Made by a program: the position numbers and the translations under genes
Origin: an uncultured Chloroflexia bacterium
GTDB lineage: Bacteria; Chloroflexota; Dormibacteria; Aeolococcales; Aeolococcaceae
NCBI GenBank assembly: GCA_963793875.1
Contig: CAWCBS010000007.1
Location: 23,489 to 87,488 of the forward strand
DNA: 64,000 bases
Direction: 5' to 3'
Shown: piece after piece, positions 46,580 through 55,687 of the stretch
How the letters are laid out: each line of letters begins with the position of its first letter
Position numbering within the stretch: the first letter of the stretch is position 1
Notes under the pieces: generated by a model
What the model was told of the DNA's origin: nothing
The model's input: only the letters and a program-made list of their open reading frames with translations
Databases searched by the model: none

Positions 46580-47939
46580 GCGCGGAGTCCGCGCGGTCCG
46601 CCGGCACGCCCTCGGGGTGAGCCGCCGGGGTGGGACCGACCGGCGACGCCTGGCCCTCGCCGTCGCCGGCGGGGCGCTCGTGGTGATCGCCTTCTCCGGC
46701 TGCTCCCTCGGCTCCCCGGGCCAGACCGGCAGCGTTCGGGGCGCCTCCACCACCCCGACCCCGGCGGGGCCGGGCGGGGTCACCGCGGTGACCCCGGCGG
46801 TCGCAACGCCGGGTGCCCTCACCTCCGCCACCGGTGCCAGCATGTCGCTCCAGGCGGTCACCTGCGTCGCCACCGCGGACTGCTGGGCGGTCGGATGGTC
46901 GACCGCCGACGCCACCGGCCAGCCCCAGACGCTGATCGCCCAGGGTGGCGGGGCCGGCTGGCAGGTCCTGTTCACCCCGCCGGTGCCGGGCAGCACGGGC
47001 AGCGAGCTCGAGGCCGTCAGCTGCACGGCCCCGGAGGAGTGCTGGGCGGTCGGCGACTCCTGGCAGGGTTCGGGCACCGACCGGGACACGGCGCCGCTGA
47101 TCGAGCTGGAGACGCCAGCGAGTGGCTGGACCGTCGTCTCCAGCCCCGCCCCGTCCGGCACCCAGGACAGCGCCCTCGACGGGGTCGCCTGCGCCGCGGG
47201 TGGCGGTTGCTGGGCGGTTGGATACTCCTCCACCTCGACGGCGTCGGGCACGCGGTCGGAGACGTTGCTCGAGCAGGAGACCGCAACCGGGTGGAGCATC
47301 GTGGCGAGCCCTGTCCTCCCGGCCACCGGCACCGGCGGCCAGCTCGCCGGCGTCGCCTGCGCGGGCTCCGACTGCTGGGCCGTCGGCCACTGGGACGATG
47401 CCGCCGGCACCCCTCATGGCCTCATCGAGCAGTACGCGGGGAGCGCGTGGACCATCGTGCCCGGCCCGAAGGCCAGCCCCAAGGCCAGCCCGACGCCCGG
47501 TCGCGCCGCCACGACGACCCCGGGGAGCCTCCTCTCCAGCGTGACCTGCATCGGTCCGAGCACCTGCTGGAGCGCCGGCTCCGTCCTGCCAGCCAAGGGA
47601 ACGTTGCAGGGACTGCTCGAGGAGTACGACGGTGCCGGCTGGAGCAGCGTTCCCGCCGCGGCCACAGGGAGCCAGCTCCTGGGGGTCGCCTGCTCCGCGG
47701 CCGGGAGCTGCTGGGCCGTGGGTGCCTCCACCGCGGCGGGCTCCGGCACCCTGATCGAGCAGGAGACGGCCGGCGGCTGGAGCGTCGTCCCCACCTCCCC
47801 CTCCTCGGTGACCACCGACCCCCAGCTCAACGGGGTGGCCTGCGTCGGCTCCGGCGAGTGCTGGGCGGTCGGCGGCCCCGCGCGGCCGTCGGGCAGCGGT
47901 CCGATGATCCTCGAGCAGATGGCCGCGGGGCCGGCCTGA
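46580..47939 (+). CDS. lipoprotein with repeated C-x5-CWAVG units
   Basis: Lipobox-like FSGC; at least seven V(T/A/S)C...CWAVG units; start codon uncertain. Confidence 0.75.
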
Positions 47940-47961
47940 CCGGCTGCCCGGCGAGATCAGG

Positions 47962-47991
47962 TTGACGCCGCAACCGACCAGCCCGTATAGT
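47962..47991 (+). promoter_or_regulatory. sigma70-type promoter TTGACG-N18-TATAGT
   Basis: -35 at 47962-47967, -10 at 47986-47991; ATG of the small ORF begins 10 nt after the -10. Confidence 0.7.
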
Positions 47992-48000
47992 TCGCCGACG

Positions 48001-48078
48001 ATGCACGTCGCGCACGCCTCGAAAGAGCTCGCCGGACGCAAAGCCCTCGCAGGGGCCAAAGCCGCCGGAACGAAGTAG
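48001..48078 (+). promoter_or_regulatory. Candidate leader peptide ORF MHVAHASKELAGRKALAGAKAAGTK*
   Basis: 25 codons, 4 Lys (3 AAA), between a strong promoter and a strong terminator, upstream of the lysine genes. Confidence 0.5.
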
Positions 48079-48113
48079 AGGCGCGCGCCGCAAGGCGCTC
48101 CCGCCGCCAGCGG

Positions 48114-48151
48114 AAGAGGGCTCCCCCAGAGCGAGGGAGCCCTCTTTGTTT
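48114..48151 (+). terminator. Intrinsic terminator upstream of lysine cluster
   Basis: AAGAGGGCTCCC (48114-48125) / GGGAGCCCTCTT (48135-48146), 12-bp perfect stem, 9-nt loop, T-rich tail TTTGTTT. Confidence 0.88.
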
Positions 48152-48191
48152 GTCTCCGCCCATCTCGAGCAGCCAACTCCGTGGGAGTCCC

Positions 48192-49298
48192 ATGAGCATC
48201 CAGAACCCAGCCCAGCCGATCCAGGTCGTCGTGCTGCCCGGCGACGGCATCGGCCCGGAGGTCGTCGCCAGCGCGGTGAGCGTGCTCCAGCACTCCGCCG
48301 CGGCCCACCGGCTCGACATCCTGCTCACCGAGCGGCCGATCGCCGGAGCCGCCATCGAGGCCGAGGGCCGCCCCCTCCCCGAGCCGACCCTGCAGCTCTG
48401 CCGCGAGGCCGACGCCGTGCTCTTCGGTGCCGCCGGGGCCCCGCGCTGGGACCATCTGCGCGGCGACGCCCGGCCGGGGGCGGCCATCCACGGGCTGCGC
48501 CAGCGGCTCGGCCTGAGCGTCAACCTCCGCCCGGTCCGCGCCTTCCCCGCCCTCTCGGGCTGCGGCCCGCTACGGCCCGAGGTGACCCGCGGCAGCGACT
48601 TCATCGTGGTCAGAGAGCTGGCCGCCGGCGCCTATTACGGCGCCCACGGGCGGAGCGGCGAGGGCGACGCGGAGCGCGCCCACGACACCATCACGTACAG
48701 CCGCCGCCAGATCGAGCGGGTGGTCCGCTTCGCCTTCGCCCTCGCCCGGAGCCGGAACCGCCACCTCACCTCGGTGGACAAGGCCAACGCCCTCTGGACC
48801 GGGCGGCTCTGGCGCGACGTCACCGCCGAGCTGGCTGCGGAGAACCCCGACGTCAGCCTCGAGCACCAGCTCATCGACAGCTTCGCCCTGCGCATGCTCC
48901 TGCAGCCGTCACGGCTGGACGTGGTGGTCGCCGAGAACCTCTTCGGCGACATCCTGAGCGACGAGGCGGCGGCGATCAGCGGCTCGCTCGGCATGATGGC
49001 GTCGGCCAGCCTCAATCCCGACGGCGGCCCCGCCCTGTACGAGCCGATCCACGGCACCGCCCCCGACATCGCCGGGCGCGGCATCGCCAACCCGGTCGGC
49101 GCCATCCTGAGCGTGGCCCTCCTCTTCGAGCACTCGCTGCGCCGTCCCGAGGTCGCCGCAGAGATCCGCAGCGCGGTGGACGCCGCCCTCCAGGCCGGCG
49201 CACGCACCCCCGACCTGGGCGGCGGCAGCACCACGGCCGAGATGACCGACGCCATCCTTCACGCGCTGCGCGGCGCGCCGGCGGGAGCGGGAGCATGA
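48192..49298 (+). CDS. homoisocitrate / 3-isopropylmalate dehydrogenase family protein (lysine pathway by context)
   Basis: VVVLPGDGIGPEVVASAV..., NLFGDILSDEAAAISGSLGMMAS; adjacent to homocitrate synthase. Confidence 0.9.
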   Translation: MSIQNPAQPIQVVVLPGDGIGPEVVASAVSVLQHSAAAHRLDILLTERPIAGAAIEAEGRPLPEPTLQLCREADAVLFGAAGAPRWDHLRGDARPGAAIHGLRQRLGLSVNLRPVRAFPALSGCGPLRPEVTRGSDFIVVRELAAGAYYGAHGRSGEGDAERAHDTITYSRRQIERVVRFAFALARSRNRHLTSVDKANALWTGRLWRDVTAELAAENPDVSLEHQLIDSFALRMLLQPSRLDVVVAENLFGDILSDEAAAISGSLGMMASASLNPDGGPALYEPIHGTAPDIAGRGIANPVGAILSVALLFEHSLRRPEVAAEIRSAVDAALQAGARTPDLGGGSTTAEMTDAILHALRGAPAGAGA

Positions 49299-50428
49299 GC
49301 GTCGCGCGCATGGCCATCATCGACTCGACCCTCCGCGAGGGCGAGCAGTTCGCCGGGGCCGATTTCACCACCGCTCAGAAGCTGGAGATCATCGCCGCCC
49401 TCGACGAGTTCGGGGTCGACTACATCGAGATGACCTCGCCGGCGGCCTCGCCCCAGTCCGAGGCCGACCTCCGGGCGGCGGTGGCGGCCCGTCCCCGGGC
49501 CCGGCTCCTCACCCACACCCGCTGCTCCATCGAGGATGTCGACCGGGCGCTCGCCGCCGGCATCGACGGCGTCAACGTCCTCTTCGCGACCTCGGAGGTG
49601 CTCCGCCGGGCCAGTCACGGCCGCTCCCTGGGCGAGGTGGTGGAGATCGCCTGCGGGGTGATCAGCCATGTCCGCAGGGCCGGCCGCGAGATCCGCTTCA
49701 GCTGCGAGGACGCCTTCCGCAGCGACCTCGAGGAGATCCTCGCCGTCTACCGGGCCGTCGACGCCTGCGGACCCGACCGGGTGGGCATCGCCGACACGGT
49801 CGGGGTCGCCACCCCGCGCGAGGTCGAGGAGCTGGTGGTGGCGGTGCGCGCCGCCGTCGGCTGCGACATCGAGTTCCACGGCCACAACGACACCGGTTGC
49901 GCGGTGGCCAACGCCCTGGCCGCCCTGGAAGCCGGCGCCACCCACATCGATACCACCGTGCTCGGCATCGGCGAGCGCAACGGGATAGCCTCCCTCTCCG
50001 GGCTGATCGCCCGGATCGGCACCGTGGCCCCCGCCCGGGTCGACCCCTACCGCCTCGACCTGCTCCCCCAGCTCGACGCCCGGGTGGCCGGGATCCTCGG
50101 CATCGGGGTGCCCTTCAACGCCCCCATCACCGGGGCCTTCGCCTTCACCCACAAGGCCGGGATGCACAGCAACGCGGTGCTCCGCGACCCGCGCAGCTAC
50201 GAGGCGCTCCAGCCCGAGCGTTATGGACTGGATCGGCAGATACTCGTGGGTCACCGGCTGGTGGGCCGCCACGCCATCCGCGACCGCGCCCTGGTCCTGG
50301 GGCTCGACCTCGACGAGACCCAGATCGCCGCGGTCACCGCCCAGGTCAAGCGGCTCGCCGACGCCGCGACCCTGTCCGACGACCAGGTGGACGACCTGCT
50401 GCTCCGCTGGCCCAGCCCGGCCGCCTAG
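49295..50428 (+). CDS. homocitrate synthase (LysS/NifV-type)
   Basis: IIDSTLREGEQFAGADFTT...FGVDYIEMTSPAASPQS; EFHGHNDTGCAVANALAALEAGATHIDTTVLGIGERNG. Confidence 0.88.
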   Translation: MSVARMAIIDSTLREGEQFAGADFTTAQKLEIIAALDEFGVDYIEMTSPAASPQSEADLRAAVAARPRARLLTHTRCSIEDVDRALAAGIDGVNVLFATSEVLRRASHGRSLGEVVEIACGVISHVRRAGREIRFSCEDAFRSDLEEILAVYRAVDACGPDRVGIADTVGVATPREVEELVVAVRAAVGCDIEFHGHNDTGCAVANALAALEAGATHIDTTVLGIGERNGIASLSGLIARIGTVAPARVDPYRLDLLPQLDARVAGILGIGVPFNAPITGAFAFTHKAGMHSNAVLRDPRSYEALQPERYGLDRQILVGHRLVGRHAIRDRALVLGLDLDETQIAAVTAQVKRLADAATLSDDQVDDLLLRWPSPAA

Positions 50429-50455
50429 CCCACACATCAGGAGAGCCGAGAAGAG

Positions 50456-51688
50456 ATGGGAACACTCGTCGAAGAGATCTTCACCCACCGCCTGGGGCGG
50501 CCGGTGCATGCCGGCGACACCGTGGTCGCCGAGGTGGACGCGGTGATGGCCCACGACGTCACCGGGCCGCTCGCCATCGACGCCTTCCGCAGCCTGGGGA
50601 TGCCGCTCTGGAACCCGGCCCGCACCGTCTTCAGCTTCGATCACGTCTTCCCCTCCAACAGCGTGGCGGCCAGCGAGCTGCACCGTCGCATCCGCGAGTT
50701 CGCCGCCGAGCACGGCATCCGCAACCTCTTCGCCGAGGGAATCTGCCATCTGGTGATGGTCGAGCGCGGCTTCGTCCGCCCCGGAGGGATGGTGGTCGGC
50801 GCCGACTTGCACAGCACCACCTACGGCGCCCTGGGCTGCTTCTCCACCGGGATGGGCTCCACCGACATCGGGGTCACCATGGCCACCGGGCGCTCCTGGT
50901 TCCGGATTCCGGAGACCCTCCGCATCGAGGTGACCGGGGAGCTGCGCACCGGGGTCCAGGCCAAGGACGTCGCGCTCACCGTCATCCGCCGGCTCGGCGC
51001 CGAGGGCGCCAACTACCTGGCCGTCGAGTGGGGCGGGCCGGCGGTCAGCGCCATGGGGATGTCGGAGCGCCTCACCCTCGCCAACCTCTCCGTGGACTTC
51101 GGGGCCAAGTGCGGCCTCTGCGAGGTCGACGCCACCACCTGGGCCTACCTCGGTCTCCCCGACGGGGGCACGCAGCAGCCGCGCGACCCCGCCTACGCGG
51201 AGGTCCTGCGGGTCGACGTCGGCGAGCTCGAGCCCCAGGTCTCGGCGCCGCCCGCGATCGAGAACGTGCGCCCGCTCTCGGAGCTGGCCGGCACCCCGCT
51301 CGACGAGGTCTTCATCGGCAGCTGCGCCAACGGGCGGATCGAGGACATGGCGGTGGTCGCCGGGATGCTGGAGGGCCGCCAGGTCAACCCCACCACCCGG
51401 ACCATCATCATCCCGGGCACCCGCACCGCCTACGTGCAGGCCCTGGAGCGCGGCTACATCGACACCTTCGTGCGCGCCGGGGCGGTGGTGATGGCCGCCG
51501 GCTGCGGGCCCTGCCTGGGCCGCCAGCACGGCACTCTCGGCCCCGGCGAGCGGGCCCTCTCCACCAGCATGCGCAACTACCCGGGGCGGATGGGCAGCCC
51601 CGACGCCGAGATCTACCTGGCCAACCCGGCGGTGGCGGCGGCGTCCGCGCTGGCCGGGATGATCGCCGACCCCCGGGAGGAGCGCTGA
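50456..51688 (+). CDS. homoaconitase / 3-isopropylmalate dehydratase large subunit
   Basis: Aconitase motifs: FAEGICHLVMVERG, GADLHSTTYGALGCFSTGMGSTD, FIGSCANGRIEDM, AGCGPCLG. Confidence 0.92.
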   Translation: MGTLVEEIFTHRLGRPVHAGDTVVAEVDAVMAHDVTGPLAIDAFRSLGMPLWNPARTVFSFDHVFPSNSVAASELHRRIREFAAEHGIRNLFAEGICHLVMVERGFVRPGGMVVGADLHSTTYGALGCFSTGMGSTDIGVTMATGRSWFRIPETLRIEVTGELRTGVQAKDVALTVIRRLGAEGANYLAVEWGGPAVSAMGMSERLTLANLSVDFGAKCGLCEVDATTWAYLGLPDGGTQQPRDPAYAEVLRVDVGELEPQVSAPPAIENVRPLSELAGTPLDEVFIGSCANGRIEDMAVVAGMLEGRQVNPTTRTIIIPGTRTAYVQALERGYIDTFVRAGAVVMAAGCGPCLGRQHGTLGPGERALSTSMRNYPGRMGSPDAEIYLANPAVAAASALAGMIADPREER

Positions 51689-52185
51689 TGGCACGGGTCT
51701 TCCGCTTCGGCGACGGCGTCTCGACCGACGCCATCATGCCCGGCCGGTACAACCTCACCACCGACCCGGCGGCGCTGGCCCGGGCCTGCTTCATCGAGAA
51801 CCGCCCCGACTTCCACGAGTCGGTGCGCCCCGGCGACGTGATCGTGGCCGGCAGCAACTTCGGCTGCGGCAGCTCGCGCGAGCACGCGCCGCTCTCGATC
51901 AAGGCCTGCGGGGTCAGCGCCGTGGTGGCCCGCTCGTTCGCCCGCATCTTCTACCGCAACGCGGTCAACCTCGGGCTGCCGGTGATCCGGTGCGCCGACC
52001 TGCACGCCGCCGTCCACGACGGCGACCAGGTGGAGGTCGACGTCCTGCTCGGAACCATCACCGCCGCTGGCCGCACCTTCCAGGGCGAGCCGCCGTCGGC
52101 GGTCGCGCGCCGGATCAGCGAGGCCGGCTCGCTGGTGGAGCTGATCCGCGTCCACGGCTGGGCCGCCATCGAGGAGGTGGTCTGA
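51688..52185 (+). CDS. homoaconitase / 3-isopropylmalate dehydratase small subunit
   Basis: VIVAGSNFGCGSSREHAPLSIKACGVSAVVARSFARIFYRNAVNLGLP. Confidence 0.92.
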   Translation: MARVFRFGDGVSTDAIMPGRYNLTTDPAALARACFIENRPDFHESVRPGDVIVAGSNFGCGSSREHAPLSIKACGVSAVVARSFARIFYRNAVNLGLPVIRCADLHAAVHDGDQVEVDVLLGTITAAGRTFQGEPPSAVARRISEAGSLVELIRVHGWAAIEEVV

Positions 52186-52292
52186 GCCGTGCTCACCCCG
52201 ACCCGGCATCCCACCGCCCCGCCAGAGGCGATCTGGAGCGTGCTGACCCCCGCGCCGGCATCCCCGGCGCCCACCCCGGAGGAGACCTGATC

Positions 52293-52469
52293 ATGGCCAC
52301 AGCGACCGCCGCCTGCCCCGAGTGCGACGCCCAGGTGGACGTCGGCGACGACGCCGAGGTGGGCGAGATCGTCACCTGCCCGGAGTGCGGTGCGGACCTG
52401 GAGATCCGCAGCCTCGCCCCGGCACGCCTCGACGTCGCGCCGCCCGAAGAGGAGGACTGGGGCGAGTGA
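52293..52469 (+). CDS. lysW: amino-group carrier protein LysW
   Basis: Zn-ribbon CPEC...CPEC and C-terminal EEEDWGE. Confidence 0.95.
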   Translation: MATATAACPECDAQVDVGDDAEVGEIVTCPECGADLEIRSLAPARLDVAPPEEEDWGE

Positions 52470-53377
52470 CGGCTCCCCGCATCGGCATCCTCTGCTCCCG
52501 CATCCGGGTCGAGGAGAAGCTGCTCCTGCAGGCCCTGCGCGCCCGCGGCGCGGAGCCGGAGAGGCTCGACGACGACCAGGTGGTCCTCGCCATCCGCGGC
52601 CAGGCGGGCCGCGGCGGAGGGCCCGGAGCGGCAGCGGCAGCGCCGGCCTGGGACGTGGTCTTCGACCGCAGCCTCAGCCAGACCCGGGCCCTGGCGGCGC
52701 TCCGCATCCTGGAGGCCCAGGGCGTCGTCACCGTCAACACCGCCCGTGTGGTGGCCACCTGCGGCGACAAGGTCGCGACCAGCGCGGCCCTGACCGGCCG
52801 CGGCCTGCCCTCCCCGCGCACCCTGGTCGCCTTCACCCCGGAGGCGGCGCTGCGGGCCGTCGAGGAGCTCGGCTACCCCGTCGTGATCAAGCCCGCGGTC
52901 GGCTCCTGGGGCCGGATGGTCGCGCGGCTCAACGACCGGGACGCCGCCGAGGCGGTGCTGGAGCACAAGCGCGCCCTGGGCAGCGCCGCCGACTCCGTCT
53001 TCTACGTCCAGGAGCACGTCGACAAGCCGGGCCGCGACATCCGCAGCTTCGTGATCGGCGGCGAGACCATCTGCGCCATATACCGGCGCTCGGAGCACTG
53101 GATCACCAACACGGCGCGCGGCGGCGAGGCCTCCAACTGCCCGGTGACCGGCGAGGTCGACCGGCTCTCGCGCGCGGCCGCCGAGGCGGTCGGGGGCGGG
53201 ATGGTCGCGGTGGACCTGATGGAGCGGGGCGACGGCGAGCTGCTGATCTCCGAGGTCAACCACACCATGGAGTTCCGCAACAGCATCGACACCACCGGGG
53301 TCGACATCCCCGGCCGGATGGCCGACCACGTGCTCGCGCTGGCGGCGCAGGGGACGCCCGTGGGTGCCGCATGGTGA
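52466..53377 (+). CDS. lysX: LysW-alpha-aminoadipate/glutamate ligase LysX (RimK-like ATP-grasp)
   Basis: [16 protein letters not shown]..., [24 protein letters not shown]; translationally coupled to lysW. Confidence 0.92.
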   Translation: MTAPRIGILCSRIRVEEKLLLQALRARGAEPERLDDDQVVLAIRGQAGRGGGPGAAAAAPAWDVVFDRSLSQTRALAALRILEAQGVVTVNTARVVATCGDKVATSAALTGRGLPSPRTLVAFTPEAALRAVEELGYPVVIKPAVGSWGRMVARLNDRDAAEAVLEHKRALGSAADSVFYVQEHVDKPGRDIRSFVIGGETICAIYRRSEHWITNTARGGEASNCPVTGEVDRLSRAAAEAVGGGMVAVDLMERGDGELLISEVNHTMEFRNSIDTTGVDIPGRMADHVLALAAQGTPVGAAW

Positions 53378-53576
53378 GCGCCCGCCGCGGAGCGGCTCGG
53401 GTGGGGCACGCCGTCGACGTGGGCGGTTGCGCGGGCGGCGGCGCCATGCCGCCGGTCGGGGTCCCCGCCCGGCCCGCCACCGGGGGTGAGACCGCAGGCC
53501 GCCGACGCCACGGGCGTCGGACCAGCGTCCCCGCGGCGACCGCAGGCCGCGGCGGCACCATCACGGGCCGCGCCGG

Positions 53577-54647
53577 ATGACCGCGGCCTCCCCCACCACC
53601 GCGGCGCCCCCCCTCGCGGTCGCCGACCTCCTGCTCGAGATGCTCGCCATCCCGAGCCCGACGGGCAGCGAGTGGCGGCTGGCGGCGGCGCTCCGGGAGC
53701 GGCTGGCGGGCGCCGGCTTCGCCGCCGAGATCGATCCCGCCGGGAGCGTGGTGGCCAGTCGGGGCGACGGGCCCCGCGAGGTCATGCTGCTCGGCCACCT
53801 CGACACCGTGCCCGGGACCATCCCCCCCCGCCTCGAGGCCGGCCGCATCCACGGCCGCGGCGCGGTCGACGCCAAGGGCCCGCTGGCCGCGGCCGTCGTC
53901 GCCGCGGCGCGCCGGCCCCTCGACCCGCGGATGCGGGTCACGCTGATCGGCTGCGTCGACGAGGAGGGCAACTCCCGCGGAGCCCGCCAGGTCGCGACCC
54001 GCCCCGCCCCCGACGCCCTGATCGTGCTCGAGCCGAGCGGCTGGGAGGCGGTGACCGTGGGGTACCGGGGGATCGTGCGTGCCGAGCTGCACCTGGAGGA
54101 CGCCCTCCGGCACCGGGCGGCGCCAGCAGCGACGGTGGCCGACCGGCTCGTGGCTCTGCTCGCCCACCTCCAGCGCGACCTCGACGAGCGGGGCGCGGGA
54201 CGCAGCTCGTTCCACCGCGCCGACCTGCGGGTCACCGGGCTGGAGGTGATCGGCACCGGGCTGCGCGAGACGGCGCTGGCGCGGCTCCAGTTCCGGCTCC
54301 CCCCGGACCTCCCCGCGGCGGAGCTGCTCGACTGGCTGGACCGGGAGCGGGGCGAGGCCGAGCTGCTGATCCAATTCGCCGTCGACGCGGTCCACGCCCC
54401 CCGCGACAGCCGGGTGGCCCGAGCCCTGGCCCGCGCCATCCGCCATCGGGGTGGGGTGCCCCACCAGAAGATCAAGACCGGGACCGCCGACATGAACCTG
54501 CTGGTCCCCCGCTGGGGCTGTCCCGCGGTGGCGTACGGCCCCGGCAACTCGCATCTCGACCACACCCCCGAGGAGGCGGTCGACGTGGAGGAGCTGGAGC
54601 GCGCGGCGGACGTCCTGGACGCCGCCCTGGGGGAGCTCAGCCGGTGA
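53577..54647 (+). CDS. lysK: [LysW]-lysine/ornithine hydrolase (LysK, M20 family)
   Basis: EMLAIPSPTGSEWRLA, LLGHLDTVPG, DAKGPLAAAV, GCVDEEGNSRGA. Confidence 0.9.
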   Translation: MTAASPTTAAPPLAVADLLLEMLAIPSPTGSEWRLAAALRERLAGAGFAAEIDPAGSVVASRGDGPREVMLLGHLDTVPGTIPPRLEAGRIHGRGAVDAKGPLAAAVVAAARRPLDPRMRVTLIGCVDEEGNSRGARQVATRPAPDALIVLEPSGWEAVTVGYRGIVRAELHLEDALRHRAAPAATVADRLVALLAHLQRDLDERGAGRSSFHRADLRVTGLEVIGTGLRETALARLQFRLPPDLPAAELLDWLDRERGEAELLIQFAVDAVHAPRDSRVARALARAIRHRGGVPHQKIKTGTADMNLLVPRWGCPAVAYGPGNSHLDHTPEEAVDVEELERAADVLDAALGELSR

Positions 54648-55687
54648 GGGCGATCATCCAGGGCGGCTCCGGGTACGCCGGGGGCGAGCTGCTCCGGCTG
54701 CTCGCCGGACATCCCGACATCGAGGTCAGCCAGGTCTCCTCGGAGCGGCTGCGGGGACGGCCGGTGACCGCCGTCCACCCCCAGCTCCGCGACCGCACCG
54801 AGCTGCGCTTCTGCGCGCGCGCCGAGCTGGAGCCGGCCGACCTCGTCTTCTCGGCGCTCCGCCACGGCGAGACCGCGCCCGGCGTCGACGCCACCCTGGC
54901 CCTGGCCCCCGTGGTCGTCGACCTCTCCGCGGACTTCCGGCTCCACGATCCCGCCGACTACCCCCGCTGGTATGGGTGGGAGCACCCGCGCCCGGAGCTG
55001 CTGGCCACGTTCTGCGCCGGGCTGGCCGAGCTCCACCGCGCCGAGATCGCCGGCGGCGACCGCCTCTCGGTGGGCGGCTGCGTCGCCACCGCGACCATGC
55101 TGGCGCTGGCGCCCTTCGTCCGGGCCGGCCTGGTCGACCCGGCGATGCCGATCGTGGCCGATGCCCTGATCGGCTCCTCGGCGGCGGGGTCGGAGCCCAC
55201 CCCGACCTCCCACCACCCCCACCGCAGTGGCGCCATGCACAGCTTCGCCCCCACCGGGCACCGGCACACCGCCGAGGTGCTCCAGGAGCTGCGGGCCTTG
55301 GGCGCGGATGGCGAGGTGGCCCTGAGCGTCACCTCGGTGGAGGCGGTTCGGGGCATCCTGGTCACCGCCCACCTCTGGCTCCGGGATCCGCTGGAGGAGC
55401 GGGAGGTCTGGCGGGTGCTGCGGGCGGCGACGGCCGCCGAGCCCTTCCTGCGGGTGGTCAAGCAGGCCCACGGCCTGCACCGCCACCCCGATCCGCGCCT
55501 CGTCACCGGGACCAACTTCTGCGACCTAGGGTTCAGCCGCGACCCGCACTCGCGCCGCCTGGTGGTGACCGCGGCCATCGACAACCTGGTCAAGGGCGCC
55601 GCCGGCCAGGCGGTCCAGGCCGCCAACATCCGGTTCGGCTTCCCCGAGACCGCGGGGCTGGAGCAGGCCGGCCTCTACCCGCTGTGA
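54644..55687 (+). CDS. lysY: [LysW]-aminoadipate semialdehyde dehydrogenase (LysY, ArgC-like)
   Basis: GTG start overlapping lysK stop; IIQGGSGYAGGELLRLLAGHPDIEV, CVATATMLALAPF. Confidence 0.9.
   Translation: MRAIIQGGSGYAGGELLRLLAGHPDIEVSQVSSERLRGRPVTAVHPQLRDRTELRFCARAELEPADLVFSALRHGETAPGVDATLALAPVVVDLSADFRLHDPADYPRWYGWEHPRPELLATFCAGLAELHRAEIAGGDRLSVGGCVATATMLALAPFVRAGLVDPAMPIVADALIGSSAAGSEPTPTSHHPHRSGAMHSFAPTGHRHTAEVLQELRALGADGEVALSVTSVEAVRGILVTAHLWLRDPLEEREVWRVLRAATAAEPFLRVVKQAHGLHRHPDPRLVTGTNFCDLGFSRDPHSRRLVVTAAIDNLVKGAAGQAVQAANIRFGFPETAGLEQAGLYPL

Noticed and set aside
48042-48122. T-box or known lysine riboswitch upstream of the lysine cluster
   Set aside because: No T-box core and no room for a ~170-nt lysine riboswitch between the promoter and terminator; leader-peptide attenuation fits the layout better.
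46122-48491. 789-aa minus-strand ORF overlapping the CWAVG lipoprotein and leader region
   Set aside because: Low-complexity antisense translation of GC-rich coding DNA; the plus-strand ORF has clear repeats and a lipobox. Only the first ~64 codons (46122-46316) look genuine.
49259-51694. 811-aa minus-strand ORF opposite homocitrate synthase and homoaconitase
   Set aside because: Antisense shadow of conserved enzymes.
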